A DNA stretch of 64,000 nucleotides, taken from Phycisphaerae bacterium. Its GTDB lineage: Bacteria; Planctomycetota; Phycisphaerae; UBA1845. The stretch's first letter is position 1, and the number at the start of each line of letters is the position of its first letter. Shown here one piece after another: positions 40,545 to 51,293 of this stretch. The DNA lies in assembly GCA_963666835.2 (NCBI GenBank), contig CAXXGO010000001.1, positions 192,001 through 256,000 on the forward strand, written 5' to 3'. A model generated the notes under the pieces. That model did not search any database, had not been told where the DNA came from, and worked only from the letters and a program-made list of their open reading frames with translations. The translations under genes were made by a program, and so were the position numbers.

Positions 40545-42890
40545 TTGACGGGTAGGACGAACATCAACGAATACGGCCCGACTCGGATTCTCGTCGCCGA
40601 AGACGAACCGAGCATTCTGCGCATGTATGAGCAAGTGCTGGGCGAACCACAGACTTCGCCATCCGAATCGGAAATGGCGGACCTTGCCGGCAAGTTGTTC
40701 GGGGACACGCCGACGCCGTCACCGAGACCCTCTTTGTTTGACGTGGTCGCCTGTTCTCAGGGGGATGAAGCGGTGGACGCGGCGCGGGCGGCGATAGCGG
40801 AGGGCCGACCCTTTGCCGTCGCTTTTCTCGACATTCGGATGCCGCCGGGACCTGACGGGGTGTGGGCCGCGGAACATCTGCGGAGCATGGACGAAGATCT
40901 GCATATCGTCATCGTTACGGGATACTCCGACCTCGATCCAATGGAAATCGCCGAACGGATCCCGCCGGTGGATCGACTCCTGTACCTCCAAAAGCCGTTC
41001 AGCGATCACGAAATCCGCCAGTGTGCATACGCGCTCAGCGCCAAATGGCACCTGGAGCGGAACCTGCGCAAAGCCAATTCAGCTCTCGAAGCCCGTGTGC
41101 GCGAACGCACCGCCGAACTGGCCTCGGCGAACCGGCAGATGCTCCAAGAGATTGAACAGCGAAAGCGAATAGACGCCGAACTGCGGCAACATGCTGAGTT
41201 GCTCGAAAGCAAGAATGCGGAGCTGGAATCACAGAGCGAACGCCTTCAAAGGGAAGAGCAGAAACTCCGGGAGATCGAGGAGCATCAGCGGATTATTCTC
41301 GACTCCATCCACGCCGGGGTCGTGCTGATCGATGCGGAAACGCACCGGATAGTCGACGCCAACCAGGCCGCTCTGCGGATGTTCGAGGCCGACTCCGAGC
41401 AAGTCATCGGCAACATCTGTCACAAACACATCTGCCCGGCTGAACGGGGAAGCTGCCCGATTACCGATCTGCACGCGGAAGTAGACAACTCCGAGCGAGT
41501 CTTGCTCACCAGCGTGGGACAGTCGGTGCCGATCCTCAAGACCATTATCCCGGTTACTTTGGGCGGGCGGGCTATGCTGCTCGAGAGTTTCGTGGACATC
41601 ACTAAACGTAAGCGCCAGGAGCGCGAGCTGCAGCAGGCCAAAGAAGCCGCCGAGGCCGCCAGCCGAGCGAAAACGGAGTTCCTGGCCAATATGAGTCACG
41701 AAATCCGCACGCCCATGACCGCGATCCTGGGCTTCGCGGATGTGCTCATGGATCAGGCGGAATCCACGAAAGCCCCGCCGGATCACATCCAGGCCGTGAG
41801 CACCATCAAGCTCAACGGAGCCCACCTGCTGCGCATTATCGACGACATCCTCGACCTTTCGAGAATCGAAGCCGGCGAGATGCCGATCGAGCGGATTAGT
41901 TGCTCACCGTGTCGCCTCATTGCCGAGGTCGTGTCCTTAATGCAGGTCCGCGCTGATGCCAAGAACTTGGCATTTAATATCGAGTTCGGGGAAGGCGGAA
42001 TCCCCGAGACCATCCGGACGGACCCGACCCGCCTCCGCCAGATTCTGATCAACCTGATCGGCAATGCCATCAAGTTCACGACGCACGGCGGCGTGCGCTT
42101 GCTGGTTCGCCTGCTCAACGAGCGAAAGCCTCGCATGCAGTTCGATGTGGTGGACACGGGAATCGGGCTGACCGGCGCTGAAACCGCCCGGCTCTTCAAG
42201 CCGTTCTCCCAGGCTGATAGCTCGACGACCCGGCAGTACGGTGGGACCGGGCTCGGGCTTACCATCAGCAAACGAATGGCTGAGGCGTTGGGTGGAGACA
42301 TCGAAATCATCGATACCAAACCGGGGCTGGGAACGCGCTTCCGCGCCACCGTAACCACAGGACCGCTGGACGGAATCAAGTTCGTACAAGACCCCCTTTC
42401 AGTGACAATGGCCCCGGTCGACTTCTCCCCGGCGCCCAAACCGACAGAAGACAGCCTAACCGGCTGCCGGATCCTGGTCGCCGAGGACAACCCCACGAAC
42501 CAGATTGTCGTAAAAGGGATTCTGGAGAAGGCCGGGGCGGATGTCGCCGTGGTGGGAAACGGCAAACTCGCGGTAGAGACGGTGCTCGCAGCTATGCCGC
42601 CCAACTCCGAAACGCCGCCCTTCGATGTCGTCCTAATGGACATTCAGATGCCCGTGATGGATGGGTACGAGGCCACCACGCGCTTACGCCAAAGAGGATA
42701 CGCCGGACCAATCATCGCGTTGACGGCTCATGCCATGGAAATGGACCGGAAAGCGTGCCTCGACGCCGGGTGCGATGACCACGCGACCAAACCCATCAAA
42801 CGCCGGCAACTCCTCGGCAAAATCCGCGCGCTAGTGGATGCAAAAAACGCCGATGGTCAACCGAGACCGGCGGCCACCGGGGTTTCATAA
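40545..42890 (+). CDS. Hybrid histidine kinase (REC-PAS-HisKA-HATPase-REC)
   Basis: [51 protein letters not shown]. Confidence 0.94.
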   Translation: MTGRTNINEYGPTRILVAEDEPSILRMYEQVLGEPQTSPSESEMADLAGKLFGDTPTPSPRPSLFDVVACSQGDEAVDAARAAIAEGRPFAVAFLDIRMPPGPDGVWAAEHLRSMDEDLHIVIVTGYSDLDPMEIAERIPPVDRLLYLQKPFSDHEIRQCAYALSAKWHLERNLRKANSALEARVRERTAELASANRQMLQEIEQRKRIDAELRQHAELLESKNAELESQSERLQREEQKLREIEEHQRIILDSIHAGVVLIDAETHRIVDANQAALRMFEADSEQVIGNICHKHICPAERGSCPITDLHAEVDNSERVLLTSVGQSVPILKTIIPVTLGGRAMLLESFVDITKRKRQERELQQAKEAAEAASRAKTEFLANMSHEIRTPMTAILGFADVLMDQAESTKAPPDHIQAVSTIKLNGAHLLRIIDDILDLSRIEAGEMPIERISCSPCRLIAEVVSLMQVRADAKNLAFNIEFGEGGIPETIRTDPTRLRQILINLIGNAIKFTTHGGVRLLVRLLNERKPRMQFDVVDTGIGLTGAETARLFKPFSQADSSTTRQYGGTGLGLTISKRMAEALGGDIEIIDTKPGLGTRFRATVTTGPLDGIKFVQDPLSVTMAPVDFSPAPKPTEDSLTGCRILVAEDNPTNQIVVKGILEKAGADVAVVGNGKLAVETVLAAMPPNSETPPFDVVLMDIQMPVMDGYEATTRLRQRGYAGPIIALTAHAMEMDRKACLDAGCDDHATKPIKRRQLLGKIRALVDAKNADGQPRPAATGVS

Positions 42891-43063
42891 CGCTCGTCCA
42901 AATCCTCAAGGCCCTGCCGGTGGAGAATCCACCGGCCAAGAGCCGATTATTCTGAATGGGGCTCGGGTGTGCGGATTGACCGATAGCCCCTCGCGGGAGG
43001 GTGGTTCGCCCCCAGGGCTCGTGAAGACAACTCCATGTGGCCAAGTGCAAGGAGGCGTGAATA

Positions 43064-44032
43064 ATGGCAAGAACTACAAGCCTGTTGCTCGTGCTGATTC
43101 TGGCGGCCTCCCTGGCGAACGCCGGGACCGTAACGCTTGAACCTGCGGTCGTCACCGTGGACCCGGGACAGCCGGCCGAGTATACGGTTACGGTGACCGC
43201 TGCCGAACAGGCCGAGTTTACCACCCTGGACTTGCTCTTTAGCTCCGATCGGGCGGACTTGGTCCTGTCCTTCACGTACAACGACGATTTCGCCGACGGC
43301 CTCACCCTTCCCGATCCGGTTTCGCTGGGGACTTTCGCGAGCGACCTCTATGTCGGAGGAGTGAATCCCGATTCCTGGCAGACCGGCGCGATCGTCGGAG
43401 TATTACGTATCGACACCACCGGGTTGGCTTCGGGTACCTACGATGACGTAATCGGAGCCCGGCCGGACGCCGAGGAGACCGCCTTGGGGGGCGCCGTCAG
43501 CCAGATCAGCGCCGGCACGACCGAAACCACGGAACAACTCGCCGGCACTGCCGGTCTGGTGATTACAGGAACGGTCTTGGACACGGACGGTGACGGAGTT
43601 GAGGACATCAACGATGCCTTCCCCGAAGATGCCTCGGAGACGACGGACACCGACGGCGATTCGATCGGCGATAACAGCGACGCGTTCCCCGAAGACGCCT
43701 CGGAGGATACCGACACGGACGACGACGGCATCGGCGATAATGCCGACGACAACGACGACAACGACGAGGCCTTGGATGTCGACGACGACTTCCCGCTCGA
43801 CCCGGCCGAGACCACCGACACCGACGGCGACGGAGTGGGCGATAACGCGGACGCCTTCCCGGAAGACTCCACCGAGACCGTGGACTCCGACAGGGACGGC
43901 ATCGGCGACAACGCCGATGTTGATGATACCGTCAGCGTCGTCACGCCCCCATGCGCCGCGGGCATGCTGGGCTGTTTTTTAGCCACCCTTGCGGGTCTGT
44001 CCACCCTGCGACTGCGCCGCCGAAAAGCGTAG
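43064..44032 (+). CDS. Surface protein: cohesin-like N-domain, TSP3-type Ca-binding repeats, Cys-TM-Arg C-terminal sorting signal
   Basis: AGGAGG RBS; signal peptide; DTDGDGVGDNADAFP repeats; PPCAAGMLGCFLATLAGLSTLRLRRRKA. Confidence 0.82.
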   Translation: MARTTSLLLVLILAASLANAGTVTLEPAVVTVDPGQPAEYTVTVTAAEQAEFTTLDLLFSSDRADLVLSFTYNDDFADGLTLPDPVSLGTFASDLYVGGVNPDSWQTGAIVGVLRIDTTGLASGTYDDVIGARPDAEETALGGAVSQISAGTTETTEQLAGTAGLVITGTVLDTDGDGVEDINDAFPEDASETTDTDGDSIGDNSDAFPEDASEDTDTDDDGIGDNADDNDDNDEALDVDDDFPLDPAETTDTDGDGVGDNADAFPEDSTETVDSDRDGIGDNADVDDTVSVVTPPCAAGMLGCFLATLAGLSTLRLRRRKA

Positions 44033-44058
44033 GGCACGGTCGAGGAACGAGACCTGCC
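44029..44058 (+). repeat. GTAG REP whose TAG is the stop codon of the upstream gene
   Basis: ...AAAGCG TAG GGCACGGTCGAGGAACGAGACCTGCC. Confidence 0.92.
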
Positions 44059-44169
44059 ACGAACTGCCCGCGAGCCCGGTTCTTCGCACGACCCGCGCCC
44101 TTGTGGGCACACCATGGCCACGCAAGCGTGCCACCCGTCGGTGCAGTTGCGTTGTCACATAGCGCCCCG

Positions 44170-47100
44170 TTAGTAGATCGGCGTGATCTCCCAGATAGAG
44201 CCCTCGAACCGGGAGGTCGGCTGGGCGCAGATCTCCTCGTCACTCTTGTCGTTATTCTCAGGGTTGCCCGAAGCTGATCCACCGGTAAGAGCGACCTTAA
44301 AGACGCTCTCCGTTTCCTCGCAGGAGGCGTCTTCCGCCCAAGGAGGTCCGGTGTCGGAATGTGACGTCCCGTACCAGAGAGTGTCATTAAATCCGTACCC
44401 TTCCAGTTGGTATTGCGTTGGCGCCGGCTCCGTCGTGACCTTATCAAACTCCACGTACACTCGGTAACGGTAGTGATACGTGTCGTAGTCGCGTGCTATC
44501 ACCTCACAAACGAGGGTGCCGAAGTAGGTGGAGGCGTCGCGTTCTCTGAACGTCACGGAGGCACTGCCACTCTCGCCGCTCTCGATCTCGGTCGCAGTGA
44601 CCGTGGCCACGCCGCCTTCGGACACCGTTACGGTAACGCTAGCCGTGCCCGATGAATCCGTGGTGACCGGATCCGTACTCCCCAGCGTTCCCATGGTTGT
44701 CGCGAACTGGATCTCTCGGTCGGCGACGACATCGCCGGTAGGCTCGGTCTCGTCGTCGTCCTGCCAGTATCTCACGGTAGCCGTGATCTCCGCACTGCCC
44801 TCTTGACCCGCGTCGAGAGAAACCGTTTCGGCACTCGCTTCGACGACTACACCGACCGGGGGCACGCCGAAACGAACACTCGCAGCGTTCGACTCGACCA
44901 AGTCTTCACTCACGAAAGCCATCAAACCGGCAACGCCCTCAGCCGTGCTGGCTAGCTCGACCGTGGCAATACCATCAGCGTCGCTTACTGCCCGGCTGAA
45001 ACCAACAAACGCGCCCAGGCTTGTGTCGAAATCAACCCGCTTGTCGGGCACCGGATCGCCCGTCGGCTCCAGCAGATCGTCCGCCGTGAGCCTCTTAAGC
45101 GTTGCCGTCACGACGGCAGTGGATGTGCCGTCGGCCAGCACAATGGAAGGGCTGACCTCGAGGATAATCCCGTAGTCGAAGAAGTCGAGGGCTACATCGT
45201 TCTCGCCGCACTCGATCGTGCGTACTACCGTCTTTGTGCCCTGTTCCTGCCCCACGCCGTTCTCGGCCGTGGCGGTAAACGTAACTTCAGTCCCGACGCG
45301 GAAGCCCACAATCGTCGCCGTCGAGCCCGGAGCATACTCCACAACAGCCGGTACGGTGAGGTCCGAATCCTCAAACTCCGTCTCCACCAGTACGTTGGTA
45401 CTGTCGACCGGAACCTCATCGGAGTGCACCGTCACCCAGCCGAAGCACAGAGCCACATCGTTGTCGCCGCAATCCAGGGATGCAGTCTGCTCGGACAAAC
45501 CGATGATCTCACCATCCGCATCCTGGGCTCGGGCCGTGAACGTCAAGTCGGAAGCCGGCAGATCATCAAGAACCACCGTCTGGTCGGGAGCCGTAGTGAA
45601 GGGCTCCGGCGCGACGGCACCGCTGATTGCATCGGAATACTCCAGGTCGACAAGAACCTCACTCACGGTTACGCCGGTCTGCGGATACTCGTCGACCGTC
45701 ACACTCGCCGAAGCCTGGCAAAACTCCATCGAGACCTCGTTCAGGCCCGCCAGCAGTTGCACGGTCTCCCGCCCGGTGGCCAAGGTATCGCCCGCTTCGT
45801 TAACGGCGATCAGATCGAACTGAACCTCGTCGGGCACCAGATCGTCGAACTGCACGGTTCCACCGGACGACGAGACGGTTTCGCTATGACTGTCATTCGA
45901 ATCGTAGCTATCTGCGGTGTAGCTCAGTTCGAGGGTAATCTCGGCCGTACCTTCCGGAGCCCCAGAGGTGTCCACAGTAACCTCCGCCCACGCCGGCATG
46001 TACAGCGGCCTGCGGGGATATAGGTCCAAACCGCAGGTACCGTCGGGGCAGGACGGCAGCGCGGCGAAGGCATCGGAATCGGAATGTGCCGGGTCGGAGG
46101 CCAGCATAAGCTGTAGCACCTCGAGCAACGCCGTATCGACCTGGGCCCAGGTGGGCTGTCCTTCCCAGCCGAAGAAATCGCCGCTGTTATTCTGCACGAA
46201 CGCGTATCTCGCGGCCCAGCTATAGGCGCCGCCCACATAGACAATGCCATCTTTGACGCTGCTCATCTCCTCGGCGAGCAGGTCCTGCCGCATGTACAGA
46301 TCGGAGCGATCTTGCAGATCCTCCTGCGTGTATATGACGGAGATGAGCTTGCCCTGATAGTACCAGTGATCGTAAATGGGGTCGTAGTCGACTGCGTCCG
46401 CCAGCTGGGTCTGTATCTTCTCCTCACCGACGCCGGCCTTCCAAAACGCATCGCCGGAAAGCGGAGGGGGAGGCCCCTCATAAGCATGCGACAGGATGTC
46501 CGAGCCACACAGGATGTAGTAATACTCATCAGTTGTCGTCGCCTGTCGGGTATCCGAACTCGTCTTCCATCTCGCATCAGAGTTGAGGACCGGTGGGGGG
46601 ATCACCGGCGGCAGGTCGGAAACATCCCCAAGAGGAACACCGTACAGGCCATGAGCCAGGATGATGATGATGCCGTACTCCTCCAAGTCCAGCAGGTGGT
46701 TCGGCTCCGGTTCCCAACTCGTGACCTTGGCCTGCAGCGCTTGCCCGGCAAGGACCGCCGATTGCTTCGACGAAGTATCATTGCCGGTAAATATCGCTAT
46801 CGGATCGTCGCCTTCGAACAGCGCAGGAGGATTGTACATGGAGTTGTGACGCATCACCTCGTCGAGTTTGGTGTCCGTGTCCCAACCCCTGCGGGCAAAG
46901 AGTATCTCTGCCGCAGTCATATGACCAATCGTGTCCGCGGCCAGCGAGGAGGCAGGATTGAGCAACAGAATCCGCGTCTCGTCCGGAATCCTCGCCGAGC
47001 TAATGGTATGGGATCTCGGCATTGTCTTCGCTGGTGACGGATCGGCGACGCTCTTGGCCGAGGCCGATTCGAGCAGCCCTTCCAGGTCGATGTCACCCGC

Positions 47101-47451
47101 CCCTTCCGCCAGAGCGCCGAAATCCGCCGTCACCAGCGCGCCGAAGGTGCCCCGCTCGAACTGGATGAAGATGGTCGAGCCATCCTCAAAGAGCCTCGCG
47201 GCCGCGATGCCGGGCGTGTCGTCGTTCAAAGCGTTGACCAGCGTGGTTCGCGCTTCCTCGGCAGATAGCGTTTCCTTCAGGGAGTTGTACTCCGTGCGGG
47301 CGTCAACCAAAACCGCGTACTCCGCCTCCGTCAGGCCCGCACCACCATCCGTGCCCCCCGTACCGGGATCGACAGCGCAACCGGTCATCACCGCGGCCGC
47401 CACGGCTACCGACAATACCAACAAGAACAACCTGCTTACATACGGGTGCAT
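44170..47451 (-). CDS. Large lipoprotein with tandem Ig-like modules, including two Big-1/invasin-like domains
   Basis: GGAGG RBS; lipobox VMTGC; ADGTSTAVVTATL, VDFDTSLG, TTDSSGTASVTV. Confidence 0.82.
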   Translation of the reverse strand: MHPYVSRLFLLVLSVAVAAAVMTGCAVDPGTGGTDGGAGLTEAEYAVLVDARTEYNSLKETLSAEEARTTLVNALNDDTPGIAAARLFEDGSTIFIQFERGTFGALVTADFGALAEGAGDIDLEGLLESASAKSVADPSPAKTMPRSHTISSARIPDETRILLLNPASSLAADTIGHMTAAEILFARRGWDTDTKLDEVMRHNSMYNPPALFEGDDPIAIFTGNDTSSKQSAVLAGQALQAKVTSWEPEPNHLLDLEEYGIIIILAHGLYGVPLGDVSDLPPVIPPPVLNSDARWKTSSDTRQATTTDEYYYILCGSDILSHAYEGPPPPLSGDAFWKAGVGEEKIQTQLADAVDYDPIYDHWYYQGKLISVIYTQEDLQDRSDLYMRQDLLAEEMSSVKDGIVYVGGAYSWAARYAFVQNNSGDFFGWEGQPTWAQVDTALLEVLQLMLASDPAHSDSDAFAALPSCPDGTCGLDLYPRRPLYMPAWAEVTVDTSGAPEGTAEITLELSYTADSYDSNDSHSETVSSSGGTVQFDDLVPDEVQFDLIAVNEAGDTLATGRETVQLLAGLNEVSMEFCQASASVTVDEYPQTGVTVSEVLVDLEYSDAISGAVAPEPFTTAPDQTVVLDDLPASDLTFTARAQDADGEIIGLSEQTASLDCGDNDVALCFGWVTVHSDEVPVDSTNVLVETEFEDSDLTVPAVVEYAPGSTATIVGFRVGTEVTFTATAENGVGQEQGTKTVVRTIECGENDVALDFFDYGIILEVSPSIVLADGTSTAVVTATLKRLTADDLLEPTGDPVPDKRVDFDTSLGAFVGFSRAVSDADGIATVELASTAEGVAGLMAFVSEDLVESNAASVRFGVPPVGVVVEASAETVSLDAGQEGSAEITATVRYWQDDDETEPTGDVVADREIQFATTMGTLGSTDPVTTDSSGTASVTVTVSEGGVATVTATEIESGESGSASVTFRERDASTYFGTLVCEVIARDYDTYHYRYRVYVEFDKVTTEPAPTQYQLEGYGFNDTLWYGTSHSDTGPPWAEDASCEETESVFKVALTGGSASGNPENNDKSDEEICAQPTSRFEGSIWEITPIY

Positions 47452-47795
47452 AGTAATCCTCCGATGGTCACATTCGTCTACGGGGAAACGGGACCGGTTC
47501 ATACGCCGTGCTCTGGCGGTCTACGCGTCGATAAGATGCTAAATGCCGACCGATTGTCGGATGAGGCCGCACCCCGAATGCCGCCTCTGCTCTGACACTG
47601 TACGATCTTCCACTCCGTCTGCAAGCCTGCCGTGCCGACTCGTGCCTCGACCGACCTCCAGACCTCGGAAGAAAGACGCAATCCCGCCATCATTCGCCCC
47701 GGCGCAGCCCAACGCCCCGCGCGCGAAGCCACTGGGCACCAGCCTGACTTCGTAACGGTCGCAGCGCAGAGTAGTGCCGGCGTGTGTTGACCAGC

Positions 47796-48510
47796 ATGGA
47801 GGAACGAGACCCGCCACGACTTCTGCCCAACCCGCCCCTCCGTAGGGCACAGCTTTGTAAGGCACGGTCGAGGAACGAGACCTGCCGCAACGGCGCGCAT
47901 TGTCCAAAGCCATGTCAAGGGAGCAACGTCGTTCCGTGCGTTGCGCCAGCTGCTGCAAGATGCCTGCGCTACGTGAAGGCGGCCTCCACGGCTGAAGCCT
48001 TGGGCCACCCGTCCGTCAAGGCAGCAGTGGTTCGAGTTGCACGAATATGTGCCACCCCTGTGGCTCGCGTTGCACGTCGGCCCCAGCCCCGTCGGGCGAA
48101 ACTCAAATGCCCCAAGAGGTCCCGGTGGTCGCCAACGTGCTTCCCGTATGATGTTGAATCACCGGTGTCCGATCCAAACCTCGACGCTCTCTGCCGCCCC
48201 CGAGGGGGCTTGGCGCGAACCGCATGATCAATCCCCCAGGCTTACGCCGTGGGGCTACATGCCTGCGTCCCTTCGGGACGATACGCCGGCAACGGCGGAG
48301 CGCGCAATCAGTACCGCAAGCGTCAGCGCCCGGCTTTCGCCAGCGGAGTGCCGAAGATCCGGCACACTACAGCCACTCCCTGACGGTCGCGGTACTGATG
48401 CGAGGCGACTCGTTGTCACACCGTGGAGTGGGCGATGCCCACGGGTTCCAATGCGCTCCACCCGCGGCTACATGCCTTGGTCCCCCTGAGGCGATACCGG
48501 CAGACCTGCC
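47796..48510. repeat. Mosaic palindromic repeat patch
   Basis: REP at 47857 plus fragments; CCACGGCTGAAGCCTTGGGCCACCCG; diverged copy of the 463-bp inner element; CCACTCCCTGACGGTCGCGG; CGCTCCACCCGCGGCTAC. Confidence 0.82.
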
Positions 48511-48554
48511 ACGAGTGACGACATGAGCGCGACACTGCACGCAACGACGTGCCG

Positions 48555-49604
48555 TTACGGTGTCGCGCCGGCGGCGATCAGGTTGCCGTGGTCCGGGCGG
48601 CGGGTGACGTCAGGCCAGGCGACGTTGGGGTCGTACCACTTGTCCACCACCGCCTCGAACCCCTCGGGACCGACCGCGGCCACGAAGGCGTCGCGAACCT
48701 GCAGAGCGCAGGGGTGGTGCTCGGCGTATTTGATTCCAAACTTACGCATCATCCGAGCCGCGTGCCGGCCGCCGTAGGCCTCGACCGCAGCCGCCCAATG
48801 CATCGTGAGAGCCTCGCGCTGCTGCGCAATCGACGGCGGCGCCGGCAACGGATCACCCTTGAGAAGTGCCCGGCATTCTTGAAAAATCCACGGGTTACCG
48901 ATACACCCGCGGGCGATACTGACCCCGTCCACCCCCGTCTCTTGCATCATTCGCAGGCAGGCCGTCGCACTGAACAGATCCCCACTCCCGAGGATGACCC
49001 GATCGCCGACATGCCGCTTCACCTTCGACAAGAACAACCACTCGCTCGGCCCGACGTAGCGCTGGCGAACCGTACGCCCGTGTACCGTCGCGGCCGCGAT
49101 GCCGAGTTCAAAAGCCCCGTCGAGAATCTGAAAAAACGCCCGTTCGCTCTCGGCCGTGTCGTCGAGTCCGCGGCGCATCTTCACGGTAACCGGGTGTGTG
49201 GTACCCACCGCATCGATTACCCGGCGAACGATCTCCAAGGCCGTGTTCGGTTGAGACAGAAGGAACCCGCCGCGGCAGCGCCCGAGCACTTTGCGCACCG
49301 GGCAGCCGAAGTTCAGGTCGAGCAGATCGTACCCGGCTTGGGCGAGGTCACGGGCGGCCGGTCCGAAGTCTTCGGGGTGGGCACCCATCAACTGCACGCC
49401 GATGGGATGATCGTCGTCGGCTACTTCTAAGATCTTGCGCCGGGTCTTACCGCGTTGCAGAACGAGCTTATCGAGTACGACTTCGCTCAGGGTGAGCGCC
49501 GCCCCGAACCTCCGGGCAAGACGGCGCATGGGCAAATCGCTATAGCCGCTTAGAGCCGCCTGGACAAAGGGTACTTCGAGCTGGATCGGGCCGATCCGCA
49601 GCAT
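48555..49604 (-). CDS. dusB: tRNA-dihydrouridine synthase
   Basis: LSGYSDLPMR, DLNFGCP, VTVKMRRG, VHGRT, GSGDL, ARGCIGNPWIF. Confidence 0.9.
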   Translation of the reverse strand: MLRIGPIQLEVPFVQAALSGYSDLPMRRLARRFGAALTLSEVVLDKLVLQRGKTRRKILEVADDDHPIGVQLMGAHPEDFGPAARDLAQAGYDLLDLNFGCPVRKVLGRCRGGFLLSQPNTALEIVRRVIDAVGTTHPVTVKMRRGLDDTAESERAFFQILDGAFELGIAAATVHGRTVRQRYVGPSEWLFLSKVKRHVGDRVILGSGDLFSATACLRMMQETGVDGVSIARGCIGNPWIFQECRALLKGDPLPAPPSIAQQREALTMHWAAAVEAYGGRHAARMMRKFGIKYAEHHPCALQVRDAFVAAVGPEGFEAVVDKWYDPNVAWPDVTRRPDHGNLIAAGATP

Positions 49605-49625
49605 GACCTCGACCGTGTATTCCGG

Positions 49626-51071
49626 TTAGAAAGAGCGCCGCTGGCGGGCGTTCAAAATTCCTAATTGCTGGCGATACTTCGCAACCGTGCGGCGGGAGAT
49701 CTCGATGCCCTCTTTTTTCAACAGCGCGGCAATCTGATCGTCATTGAACGGGCTCTTGGGGTCCTCGCCGTCGACCAACTCCCGCACGCGCACCTTGACT
49801 CGATCCCAACCCATGCTCTCGCCTTCTTCGTTTTCCGTACCGCCGGTGAAGAAGTAACGCAGCGGGAAGATCCCGCGCGGAGTCTGCATGTATTTCTCGG
49901 CGACCGTCCGGCTTACGGTGGAGGGATCGCACCCGAGTTCCACGGCCAGGTCACTCATGCGAAACACCTTCAGCCCCCGCGGTCCGACGTCGAAGAAGGC
50001 CCGCTGCCGCTCGACAATCGCCTTGGACACCTCGAGCAGCCGGCTTCGGCGGAAGTTGACCGCATCGATAAGCGCCGTAGCATCTTCGACCTGCTTGCGG
50101 GCGAAATCACGAGCTTCCTTCCCGTTGGCTTTCGATTTCGCGATCGTCATTACGTCCTTGCGAATGCACAGTTCCGGCATGTTCCCACGCGTCAAACGCA
50201 CGGTAAGCCCGCCGCCCGTCTCGGCATAGTCGATCACCACGTCGGGTCGAATCGTGGGCACGGTGCGGTCGCCCACCAAGAACCCCGGATGGAGGCACAA
50301 CATGGAACGCATCGCCCGGATCGCTTCGCTGATCTCCTCTACGGTATATCCCGTAGCTCTCGCCACAGCCGGTAGCCGGTTGTGCGTGATGTCGCTTAGA
50401 TGATGCTCGATCAATACGCGTTCGACTTCGTTATCTCCCGGTTGGGCGTCCAACTGCAAAAGCAGTGACTCGACCACGTCACGCGCACCGATACCGCGGG
50501 GCTCCAACCGATGCACCTCGGCCAAAGCGCGGTCCAGGCTCTCCAGCGTGAGCGGCGGACGGACGCGCTCTGCGAGATCCTGCATCGATACTCGCAGATA
50601 GCCGTCCGGATCGATGTTCGCGATTATCGTCTCTCCGGCTCGCTGGGTCTCTTCGTCCAAGTCGAGCAGAGCCCATTGCGCCAAGAGGTGATCGTGGAGA
50701 TTCGTCTCCCGTCCGGGCGTGTTGGCGATTGCGGCCATCTTCGGGTCACGCTCATCGCTCGAGACCGCGCGGCGCGCGGGAAACGGCCGGGCGTCGTTCA
50801 TGTCCAGATCGTAGTCACCGGAGAACCGATCCAGACGGGCAAAACTGTCCTCAACTTCGTTGGGGGGGCGTTGCTCCTCGTGGGCTTCGCTCTCGACCGG
50901 CTGCGGTTCTACGATCTCCAAAGCCGCGTTGCCCTCTAAGGCCTCGTTGATGCACGCCTCAAGATCCGCCACCGGTTTCTGCAGAATCGCCATGGACTGG
51001 ATGAGCTGCGGAGTGAGCCTCTGCTCCATCCGCATACCCTGCATCAGCGATTGTGACAGAAACTGGGACAT
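49626..51071 (-). CDS. rpoN: RNA polymerase sigma-54 factor
   Basis: LTPQLIQSMAILQ, STVSR, RpoN box SRRTVAKYR. Confidence 0.97.
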   Translation of the reverse strand: MSQFLSQSLMQGMRMEQRLTPQLIQSMAILQKPVADLEACINEALEGNAALEIVEPQPVESEAHEEQRPPNEVEDSFARLDRFSGDYDLDMNDARPFPARRAVSSDERDPKMAAIANTPGRETNLHDHLLAQWALLDLDEETQRAGETIIANIDPDGYLRVSMQDLAERVRPPLTLESLDRALAEVHRLEPRGIGARDVVESLLLQLDAQPGDNEVERVLIEHHLSDITHNRLPAVARATGYTVEEISEAIRAMRSMLCLHPGFLVGDRTVPTIRPDVVIDYAETGGGLTVRLTRGNMPELCIRKDVMTIAKSKANGKEARDFARKQVEDATALIDAVNFRRSRLLEVSKAIVERQRAFFDVGPRGLKVFRMSDLAVELGCDPSTVSRTVAEKYMQTPRGIFPLRYFFTGGTENEEGESMGWDRVKVRVRELVDGEDPKSPFNDDQIAALLKKEGIEISRRTVAKYRQQLGILNARQRRSF

Positions 51072-51204
51072 CGAATCCGATCTTCCCCTACCGGGTCGAA
51101 CAACTAATCCGCCGCGCTAGTCCGGGAAACCTCACCCCGGCTGCCGGCGCAGCCACCTTCACGACGATGGTTATAGGGCCCAGAACCACCTTGGCCTCCG
51201 TTCC

Positions 51205-51213
51205 ATTATAGCA
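51205..51213 (-). promoter_or_regulatory. Putative extended -10 promoter (TGCTATAAT) for rpoN
   Basis: Consensus TGnTATAAT in the recR-rpoN intergenic region. Confidence 0.5.
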
Positions 51214-51293
51214 TTACGCCGGTGATGTCACCCTGCGGAAAGCGCAATACCCCATATTACGGGCAGGTGTGTTTGCTGCAGGTGGGCCGTGCG

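Noticed and set aside
6370..47890. REPs as integron attC sites around gene cassettes
   Set aside because: No RYYYAAC/GTTRRRY ends, no integrase, and flanked genes vary in orientation and include core genes
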